From positions 62,001-94,198 of the forward strand of contig CALSSD010000001.1 in assembly GCA_943788915.1 (NCBI GenBank): 32,198 nt of DNA, written 5' to 3'. A model generated the notes under the pieces. The model ran no database searches. It worked only from the letters and a program-made list of their open reading frames with translations, and was not told where the DNA came from. The DNA comes from an uncultured Acidimicrobiales bacterium (GTDB lineage Bacteria > Actinomycetota > Acidimicrobiia > Acidimicrobiales > UBA10347). The translations under genes and the position numbers were made by a program. Below are positions 25,282 to 32,198 of this stretch, in pieces; position 1 is the first letter of the stretch; each line of letters starts with the position of its first letter.

Positions 25282-25782
25282 TTAGCGAGCCGCCACGGTT
25301 CTCTCGTGGTCGAGAAGCCACCGCTTTGTGTCGAGTCCTCCAGCGAAGCCTGCCAGCCGGCCGTCAGCACCGACGATCCGGTGACATGGAAGCACAATCG
25401 AAAGCGGGTTTCGACCGTTCGCTGAACCGACTGCACGAGTTGCCCGGGGTCGTCCCACCGCTGCAGCCTGCTTGCTGTAGGTCGACGTTTCCGCAAACGG
25501 AATCTCGGCCAAGGCCAACCAGACAGACTGCTGAAAGTCGGTTCCTCGGAGCTCAAGCGGCACGTCAAACGTGCGTCGGGTGCCCTCGAAATACTCGCGC
25601 AGTTGGGTTGCCGTGCGGTCGAGAATGGCGTTCGATCCGTCGACCGGCTCGATTGGGAAACGCACTCTGCCGTCGCGTTCTTCGGGCCAAAGCACCGCTA
25701 TCAGCGCTGACGCCGTCGCTACGAGGCGCAGTTCGCCAACCGGACTATCAATACGAACTAGGTAGGGAGTTGTTGTCGTCAT
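25282..25782 (-). CDS. ogt: Methylated-DNA--protein-cysteine methyltransferase
   Basis: Motifs are GTDFQQSVW, RAVGSANGRNP and the active site PCHR. The start overlaps the upstream stop (ATGA). Confidence 0.95.
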   Translation of the reverse strand: MTTTTPYLVRIDSPVGELRLVATASALIAVLWPEERDGRVRFPIEPVDGSNAILDRTATQLREYFEGTRRTFDVPLELRGTDFQQSVWLALAEIPFAETSTYSKQAAAVGRPRATRAVGSANGRNPLSIVLPCHRIVGADGRLAGFAGGLDTKRWLLDHERTVAAR

Positions 25783-27215
25783 GATGCTGCTTTCAGGGAG
25801 GCGGATGCCGCCCACAGGTGATGGGTCAGGTAGCTACGCCACGGACTGGCCGTGGCTATCAGTTCTGAGGTCAGTCCAAGCGAATCCGCTGACCGGTCGG
25901 CAACCAGATCACCAGCGAGAAAAATGTCGGGATGGCCAAGCGCTCGCATGGCGATGTAATTCGCCGTCCATGGGCCGATCCCCTTTACGGCTACGAGCTC
26001 CTTGCGAATCTCATCGCGATCGGCACCTGGTGTCAGCTCGTTGGTGCGGCCATCGAACAATGCTGCCACCGCATAGATGGTCTCCGCAGTCCGCCGGGTA
26101 AGCCCAATGTCTGACAGGTCCGTTTCTGCGATTTCAGCCGGTGTCGGAAATGGCTGTAGCCGTTCGTTTACGCCCGAAGCTCGTGCCGCAATCCGGCTGG
26201 CCAGCGTGCGGGCAGCGGACACACTTCGCTGTTGACCAAGAATGGCAAACACCAGCGTGGCGAATCCGTCGCTAGAGCCGGGAGACCGCAACCCGGGCAG
26301 GTCGTGGACGTAAGCACCAAGTGGTTCGATGGCCTTGAGTGCGGCGTCGATATGGGTGGGGTCAGCGTCTAAGTCGAGCATGCGTCGACATTGGGCAACG
26401 GCGGCCGCCAGATCCGCTACATCGTCGAGTTCGAGCTCACACTGCACCCACTCGTGGGCGATGTCCAGCACCGCGATGCCATTGCCGTGTTCGAGGCGTA
26501 ACGCCGTCGACAGCTTCCCATCGGCCACCGAAGCGACGCCGGCGACTGTCCGCCTGTCGGCCCAGCCCAGGAAGTAGTCACTCGCAAACGGCGCACGAAA
26601 TGGGAGCCTGATACTGAGCGACCCGGACTCAACCGATGGCAGATTCCGCTTCGCCCTGAGCACCGTTGGTGTTGCGTCGAAGACCTCGCGAATCGTGTCG
26701 TTAAACTGTCGCAGGCTTGAAAAACCAGATGCGAACGCAACGTCCACGAAACGCATCGACGTTGTCTCGATCAAGGTCCGTGCGGTCTGAGCCCGCTGGG
26801 CTCGGGCAATAGCGAGCGGCGGCGCCCCGACTGCGTCGATCATGATGCGCCGCAGGTGCCGCTCGGTCACAGCCAGCGCCCCAGCCAACTCGTTCACACT
26901 GTGTGTGTCGAGATAACCCTGATTGATGAGCCGCATACCGCGACCCACCAGATCTTCTCGCACGTTCCACTCTGGTGACCCGGGCGTGGCGTCTGGCCGG
27001 CAACGTTTGCACGCCCGAAGTCCTGCACGTTGTGCTCCAGCGGTCGTCAGGAAAAAATCCACGTTCTTGCGCAGCGGATGCACCGGCGTTGGGCAACTCG
27101 GCCGGCAGTAAACACCGGTGGTGCGCACACCAACTATGAACACTCCGTCGAAGCGAGCGTCGCGGCTCTTGAGCGCCCGGTAACGCTGATCGTCGTCGAG
27201 GTCGTGGAGTGTCAT
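25779..27215 (-). CDS. alkA: Ada(N)-AraC-AlkA fusion (bifunctional regulator / 3-methyladenine glycosylase)
   Basis: It has the Ada Zn domain (SRDARFDG..TTGVYCRPSC..RACKRC), an AraC HTH (AFASGFSSLRQFNDT), AlkA_N and the HhH motif KGIGPWTANY. Confidence 0.95.
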   Translation of the reverse strand: MTLHDLDDDQRYRALKSRDARFDGVFIVGVRTTGVYCRPSCPTPVHPLRKNVDFFLTTAGAQRAGLRACKRCRPDATPGSPEWNVREDLVGRGMRLINQGYLDTHSVNELAGALAVTERHLRRIMIDAVGAPPLAIARAQRAQTARTLIETTSMRFVDVAFASGFSSLRQFNDTIREVFDATPTVLRAKRNLPSVESGSLSIRLPFRAPFASDYFLGWADRRTVAGVASVADGKLSTALRLEHGNGIAVLDIAHEWVQCELELDDVADLAAAVAQCRRMLDLDADPTHIDAALKAIEPLGAYVHDLPGLRSPGSSDGFATLVFAILGQQRSVSAARTLASRIAARASGVNERLQPFPTPAEIAETDLSDIGLTRRTAETIYAVAALFDGRTNELTPGADRDEIRKELVAVKGIGPWTANYIAMRALGHPDIFLAGDLVADRSADSLGLTSELIATASPWRSYLTHHLWAASASLKAAS

Positions 27216-27321
27216 GGGTCCATCCTGCCTGACCCCGAGCACCACTACTAGCGGATTTCGGACATACGGGTTGTGGCGGCAGTTTCCTACAGGTAGCTAC
27301 CTGGGTCGTAGCGTCTTGTGG

Positions 27322-27753
27322 GTGACGACGTCTCGACCGCCATCTGCTGTGTCCGTTGATGAATGCAATCGCTACATCAGCGAACTGGACTTCGTTGACC
27401 CGGTGCCGGTGATCGAAGAGGTTGCCCAGGACTGGGTCGTCGCCCGGGTGAAAATCGACGGGCTCCATCTTCGCCCTGGCGGGTACGTACCTGGACCGGT
27501 CATGATGACCGCAGTGGATCTCGTGGCGTGGTTTCTGGTGTTCACCCGCAATGGGATCACGCCCATGGCATTGACCTGGGACCTTAAGATCAACTTCCTT
27601 CGCCCAGCCCATGGCGCCGATCTGATAGTCCGGGCCCGCCAGACCAAATTCGGCAAGTTGTGTCACGCATCGATCGACCTGCATATGGACGGCGACCCAG
27701 ACCGTCTCGTCGCCCACGCAACAACCACCTACGTGCTCCCGGTCGCGGGCTAG
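27322..27753 (+). CDS. PaaI-family thioesterase (hotdog fold)
   Basis: Motifs are HLRPGGYVPGPVMMTAVD, TWDLKINFLRPA and VAHATTTY. The GTG lies 7 nt after TAGCGT. Confidence 0.85.
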   Translation: MTTSRPPSAVSVDECNRYISELDFVDPVPVIEEVAQDWVVARVKIDGLHLRPGGYVPGPVMMTAVDLVAWFLVFTRNGITPMALTWDLKINFLRPAHGADLIVRARQTKFGKLCHASIDLHMDGDPDRLVAHATTTYVLPVAG

Positions 27754-27789
27754 ACCAGATCCCCTTGCGCTCGCGGGCCGCAGCCCTGA

Positions 27790-28749
27790 CTACAGATTGG
27801 CGACAGCGGCGCTGACCTGGGCATTGATATGCGCAACCTGCGTTGTTGGTTCGAAGCGAGGCGGTTTGTCCTCGCTCACGAACCTGGGCAGCGGCGCAAT
27901 CACCGCGTCGGCATCGAACGCGTTGAACAGGATCAGGCTCAGCCGTTCCCATGCAGTGTCGTTCACACGATGGCGCGTCGCTCGCAACGTGCCGTTGGTG
28001 AGATGCTCAAGCATGTCACCAACGATCACGATAAATCGGTCCTGGAAGACCGGTGGTTCGATCCACTCGCCGCTACGGGTGAGCAACTCCAGACCAGGAG
28101 CTGTCTGCGACATGAGGGTGAAGGCCTCGTAGTCGGTGTGGGCACTGATGCCAACGATGTTGTCGGCGGTTTGACCTTCGTTCGGCGGGTACCGCAGCAG
28201 GCGCATCATCGATGAGCTGCGTTCGCTCTCGTACTGCAGAAACGTGTCGGCTGGCAGCTCATACATTTCGGCGAAGGCGACGAAGAGCTGTCGGGCCGCA
28301 ACCCGGGCCGCGAGATACCAGCCATACACCGTGTCCTGGAAACCGGGAAGATCACTCGGCCACAGGTTCGCGCCCAGACCGCCGAACTCGATGTTGGACT
28401 CATCAGGGAGTTCCATAGCCAAATCAAACGACTCGCATCGAGCAATCGTGCCGGGTTCATAGGCCGGTTCGGCGCCAAGCGGTATCCAGCCCCGTTGAGA
28501 CCCTGGTTTGAACTGGCGGGCCGTGAGTTTGTGATCCTCGGGCAGCGCATGAAAGCGGCGGGCTTGGTCAAAGACCGCGTCGACCGACGCCTGCGATGGC
28601 CCGAAGTTGGCGGCGTAGAAGTACCCAGCACCTTCAAATGCAGCCCGAATTTCGGCCAGCGTCGAAAGACGTTGCTCGGGTGTGCCATTCAAGCCAGCGA
28701 GGTCGATATCAGGGTGTTGTGACAACTCACCGTTGTCCGGTGCGCTCAT
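27790..28749 (-). CDS. 2-oxoglutarate/Fe(II) oxygenase, isopenicillin N synthase-like
   Basis: Motifs are MRLLRYP, AHTD (HxD), ATRHRV and RLS (2OG-binding RxS). Confidence 0.92.
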   Translation of the reverse strand: MSAPDNGELSQHPDIDLAGLNGTPEQRLSTLAEIRAAFEGAGYFYAANFGPSQASVDAVFDQARRFHALPEDHKLTARQFKPGSQRGWIPLGAEPAYEPGTIARCESFDLAMELPDESNIEFGGLGANLWPSDLPGFQDTVYGWYLAARVAARQLFVAFAEMYELPADTFLQYESERSSSMMRLLRYPPNEGQTADNIVGISAHTDYEAFTLMSQTAPGLELLTRSGEWIEPPVFQDRFIVIVGDMLEHLTNGTLRATRHRVNDTAWERLSLILFNAFDADAVIAPLPRFVSEDKPPRFEPTTQVAHINAQVSAAVANL

Positions 28750-28833
28750 TGTTTCGTCCTCTCAGCGTGCGCTCAGTTTGAGCGACGTTTCTACCTGCTC
28801 AACTACCCAACCGCTCTGGTCTGTGTTCGGACT

Positions 28834-29610
28834 CTATTGCATTGTCCAACCACCGTCGACGGTCACGGTCTGGCCGGTCAGAAAGGTCGATGCGTCGCTC
28901 GACAGCAGTAATAGTGCACCATCGAGTTCTTCGAGGCGGCCAGGGCGACGCATAGGGGTTCGCTTCGTGATGTAGCCGTAACCGCTGCTGTCTTCGTCCA
29001 TCATCGAATCGGTCAGCTCTGTCGGGAAGTAACCGGGAGCGATGCAGTTGACCCGAATGTTATGACGAGCCCACTGCCCAGCGAGCTCGCGTGTCAGCCC
29101 AACCAGCCCGGTCTTACTGGCGACATAGGCGGCCTGGTTGTTTGGTGCCGACGACACGAAACTGTGCACCGAGGCGATGTTGATGATCGTCCCCGGCGCC
29201 TGCTGCTCGATCATTGCTGCCGCAGCCGTGCGCGCCAGCAAGAAGCATGCGTTCAGATTGATGTCGATCACGCTCGCGAACACAGCGGCCGACTCTTCTT
29301 CAGCTTTGGTCGGAGCATCGCTCTTACCCGCGTTGTTGATGACCACGTCGAGACGGCCGAACTGTTCGTAGGCCGCGGCAACCAGGGCATTCAGGTCAGC
29401 CTCGTCGGTCACATCGCAGCGCATGGGCACCACACCCGGCGTCGACGACGCCAACGCTTCGAGCCTGTCTAGGCGCCGGGCGGCGGCGATTACTCGCATG
29501 CCGCCTGCGGCCAACGTACGCACCATGTGCTCGCCGATTCCGCTTGATGCGCCGGTCACGATTCCGACCCGGTCGCCGATATCAAAGATCTCTGAAGCTG
29601 TTCGATTCAC
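28834..29610 (-). CDS. Short-chain dehydrogenase/reductase (probably NADP-dependent)
   Basis: Motifs are TGASSGIG, AARR, NNAG, YVASK (YxxxK), IRVNCIAPG and VDGG. Confidence 0.95.
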   Translation of the reverse strand: MNRTASEIFDIGDRVGIVTGASSGIGEHMVRTLAAGGMRVIAAARRLDRLEALASSTPGVVPMRCDVTDEADLNALVAAAYEQFGRLDVVINNAGKSDAPTKAEEESAAVFASVIDINLNACFLLARTAAAAMIEQQAPGTIINIASVHSFVSSAPNNQAAYVASKTGLVGLTRELAGQWARHNIRVNCIAPGYFPTELTDSMMDEDSSGYGYITKRTPMRRPGRLEELDGALLLLSSDASTFLTGQTVTVDGGWTMQ

Positions 29611-29666
29611 GGCCCGATTGTACGATTGTCACGGCGACAGAGGAATTCGCGTGCGATGAAACCCAG

Positions 29667-30440
29667 TTAGCTGTTGGACTGCCACCATATATCGAGGCGG
29701 GATTCGGTCGCTTCGATATCGAGGTCTGGTTCGGTTCGTTTCAGCTCAAGTAGGTACTTCAATGCCTTGCCCACCATGGGACCGGGACCAACATCGAAAC
29801 GATCCATAACCGCCTGACCATCGAGCAGCGGGCGCTCGGCCTTACGACGATCGGCCGCTGCCAGCTCGAGAATTCGTTCTTCGATGGCATCGACATGATG
29901 GTGAAGTTCGAGCCGCTTGCGCTGGTTGCGGGTCGTGCAATCACTGCGCACCAATTCGTTCAGCAACCCAAGCAGGTGCCCCGCGTCTCGGGCGTAACGG
30001 CGAACGGCTGAATCACTCCAACCATCGGCATATCCCTTAAAACGGCCGGACAAACGCACAAGCTCGGCAACATCTCGTACGACATCGTCGGGATATTCGA
30101 GGTGGCGTAAACGTTTCTTCGCCATTTTTGCGCCGACAGCCTCGTGATGGCGGAAGGTGACACCGTGTTCGTCGATCTTGCGGGTTAAGGGTTTGCCGAT
30201 GTCGTGAAACAGTGCAGCCAGCCGGAGCACAAGGTCCGCCCGAGTCTTGGCAGTGACGGCAATCGTGTGAGCCAGCACGTCCTTGTGTTTGTGGATGGGA
30301 TCTTGTTCAAGCGCAAGGGCTGGCAGCTCTGGAATAATCTGCTCGGCCTGACCTGAATCGACCAAAGCCCAGAGCGCGTTCAAACAATCGTCATCGAGCA
30401 GCGCGGTGCTCAGGAGATCTCGGGCAATTGCGGCTTCCAT
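29667..30440 (-). CDS. Stand-alone HD-domain protein homologous to the C-terminal half of actinobacterial CCA-adding enzymes
   Basis: Motifs are PELPALALEQDPIHKHKDVLAHT, LAALFHDIGKP, FRHHEAVGA, WSDSAVRRY, SDCTTRN and RPLLDGQAVM..GPMVG. No N-terminal nucleotidyltransferase domain is present. Confidence 0.85.
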   Translation of the reverse strand: MEAAIARDLLSTALLDDDCLNALWALVDSGQAEQIIPELPALALEQDPIHKHKDVLAHTIAVTAKTRADLVLRLAALFHDIGKPLTRKIDEHGVTFRHHEAVGAKMAKKRLRHLEYPDDVVRDVAELVRLSGRFKGYADGWSDSAVRRYARDAGHLLGLLNELVRSDCTTRNQRKRLELHHHVDAIEERILELAAADRRKAERPLLDGQAVMDRFDVGPGPMVGKALKYLLELKRTEPDLDIEATESRLDIWWQSNS

Positions 30441-30555
30441 CGCCTGACAGTCTGCTCGAACCCAGCACGGTTTGCACCGCACTTTCTATGTTCTGATCGC
30501 TGGGGTTCTGGCGACACTGCCCATATCGAGTGATAGCACCACTAACCTCGGCGGG

Positions 30556-31722
30556 GTGAAAGCACTGCTGTTCGAGCGTCGCGAGACCCGCTATGCAGCG
30601 GCGATCCTGACTTCCAAACTCTCCCCCGCCGCCGGCGCACTGGTTGCGCCACTGCGTATGGCCGACGTCGACGAGCCGGAACTCCCTGGTCCGGGATGGA
30701 AACGCATCACCCCGCTGCTCTCCGGAATCTGCGGTAGCGACCTGTCAACGCTGTCGGGACACACGTCTCGTTACTTCGAATCGCTGGTGTCATTCCCGTT
30801 TGTTATGGGTCACGAAGTTGTCGGTCTGACCGAAAACGGCAACCGTGTCGTGATCGATGCGGTGCTTGGCCATGCCGCTCGGGGCGAAGCATTGCCGTTC
30901 GAGGGGGCCCATCCCGCCGATGGTTGCGACCATGGCCACCTGATCGGTGGCCATCTCGAAGCCGGCCTGCAGATCGGGTCGTGCGAAAGCACAAGCGGTG
31001 GCTGGTCCACATCGATGATCGCCCACGAGAGCCAGCTACATGTGGTCCCCGAGACCATGAGTGACGAAGCCGCGGTCATGATCGAGCCCACCGCCAGTGG
31101 CGTTCACGCCGCTTTGCGGGCACACGTGCAAGATGGCCAGACCGTGGTCGTGCTGGGCGCTGGCACGATCGGCCTCACGATTATCGCGGCGCTGCGGGCC
31201 CATACCGGCGCTGGCACAATCGTTGCAACCGCGAAATATCCCGAACAACGCAAACTTGCTTCAGACCTTGGTGCGACCACGGTCGCTGAGCCAGGCGAGA
31301 TTCGCCGGGCCGTCCGCCGTATCACTGGCAGTCGTATGGTCGGCACGGTGTTGTCTGGTGGTGCCGACGTTGTGATCGACGCCGTTGGCAGTGCCGCATC
31401 GCTCGAAGACGCCTTCGCCATCACCCGCCCCCGAGGCCGAGTTGTGGTCTGCGGCATGCCGGGCGTCGTCGAGATCGATCTAGCACCGTTGTGGCATCGA
31501 GAGACCGAGATGGTCGGCGCCTACACCTATGGCACCGAAGAGCTCACCAATGGCACTCGGGCCCACACCTTCACCCTTGCCTCCGAACTCGTCGAGTCCG
31601 CACAACTCGATCGGCTTGTCACTGCCACCTATCCCCTGGCGCAGTACAAACAAGCTCTGCGCCATGCGTCGGAATCCGGCCGGCGTGGTGCGGTCAAGAT
31701 TGCCTTCGACTTCCGCGACTGA
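30556..31722 (+). CDS. Zinc-binding medium-chain dehydrogenase
   Basis: Motifs are SGICGSD, GHEVVG, IEP and GAGTIG. The GTG lies 7 nt after TAACCT. Confidence 0.92.
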   Translation: MKALLFERRETRYAAAILTSKLSPAAGALVAPLRMADVDEPELPGPGWKRITPLLSGICGSDLSTLSGHTSRYFESLVSFPFVMGHEVVGLTENGNRVVIDAVLGHAARGEALPFEGAHPADGCDHGHLIGGHLEAGLQIGSCESTSGGWSTSMIAHESQLHVVPETMSDEAAVMIEPTASGVHAALRAHVQDGQTVVVLGAGTIGLTIIAALRAHTGAGTIVATAKYPEQRKLASDLGATTVAEPGEIRRAVRRITGSRMVGTVLSGGADVVIDAVGSAASLEDAFAITRPRGRVVVCGMPGVVEIDLAPLWHRETEMVGAYTYGTEELTNGTRAHTFTLASELVESAQLDRLVTATYPLAQYKQALRHASESGRRGAVKIAFDFRD

Positions 31723-32002
31723 CGTCATCACCTGCCGGACGGCCCGGATAGCCACCGGTGGGGTGAAGCCTCGGGAATATGTTTGCAGGTAGCGATGAGC
31801 GCTCACACTCGGTTCGTGGCCACTACCGGAACAGCAGTAGCGAAGCGCAAGCCACGTCAACCGTTGGTAGTCGACGGCCACCGCATCATGGTTGGGGACG
31901 AGCCCTCGTCGATTCGTTTCGAAGCAGAAACTGCTGGTCGTTGTTTCCGCCTCTGCCCCTAGTTGGGCTTCTGCCTTTGGCAATAACCGTCCGGCACCCG
32001 GC

Positions 32003-32198
32003 TCATCCTCGGATGTTGACTTCGACCCGCACACCGTTGGGGTCGTCGACGAAGATCTGCTCTAACGAGATCTCGGGTCGTTCGCTCGTTCGGTACACCA
32101 GGCCCCGATCGTCAAGCATCGCGCACATACCAGCAAAATCACTCCCTTCGAAGGCAATGTGGTTGAACGCACTCCGTTGACCGAATCGGTCATCTTCG
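32003..32198 (-). CDS. VOC/glyoxalase family protein, C-terminal part (truncated by the window edge; not in the ORF track)
   Basis: The minus-strand translation EDDRFGQRSAFNHIAFEGSDFAGMCAMLDDRGLVYR..QIFVDDPNGVRVEVNIRG* contains the HIAF and F..DPNG..VE motifs. Confidence 0.88.
   Translation of the reverse strand, partial: EDDRFGQRSAFNHIAFEGSDFAGMCAMLDDRGLVYRTSERPEISLEQIFVDDPNGVRVEVNIRG

Noticed and set aside
31723..32002. 280-bp gap between convergent genes with small hairpins (GCGGAAAC..GTTTCTGC on the minus strand), a possible ncRNA or riboswitch
   Set aside because: I cannot match it to any RNA family, and it is not upstream of a credible gene. An Rfam/Infernal scan would be decisive.

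Overview
This is a GC-rich bacterial chromosome segment, almost certainly actinobacterial (WhiB7, an Ada-AlkA fusion with ogt, actinobacterial-type orn, many leaderless-looking genes). It is plausibly from Acidimicrobiia, which is an inference. It holds about 33 mostly metabolic and housekeeping genes. Metabolic genes include a Baeyer-Villiger monooxygenase (BVMO), a class III aminotransferase, a GAD/CSAD-like decarboxylase, a sulfatase, an esterase, AcoX with an E2 subunit, a Rieske oxygenase, a nitroreductase, a 2OG-Fe(II) oxygenase, an SDR and a Zn-dependent dehydrogenase. Repair and housekeeping genes include two AlkA-type glycosylases, ogt, dut, orn, a GH3 NagZ, TlpA-CcdA and a stand-alone HD protein. 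I saw no rRNA, tRNA, CRISPR array or intact transposase. The most striking non-coding structure is a complete ribosome-mediated attenuator upstream of whiB7/wblC: a 76-aa uORF, a long antiterminator hairpin with the uORF stop codon at its apex, and a mutually exclusive intrinsic terminator. Other notable features are a dispersed 34-bp REP-like palindrome (two copies 14 kb apart) and a decaying zone at 5.1-8.5 kb, where short tandem duplications (13, 23 and 31 bp) and a 71-bp insertion lie in or beside broken genes. The decarboxylase has a non-standard substrate triad and is coupled to the sulfatase, the Rieske subunit has a displaced iron ligand, and the HD protein resembles a CCA-adding enzyme without its nucleotidyltransferase head. 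Two single-base frameshifts (about 1237 and 3200) may be sequencing errors.
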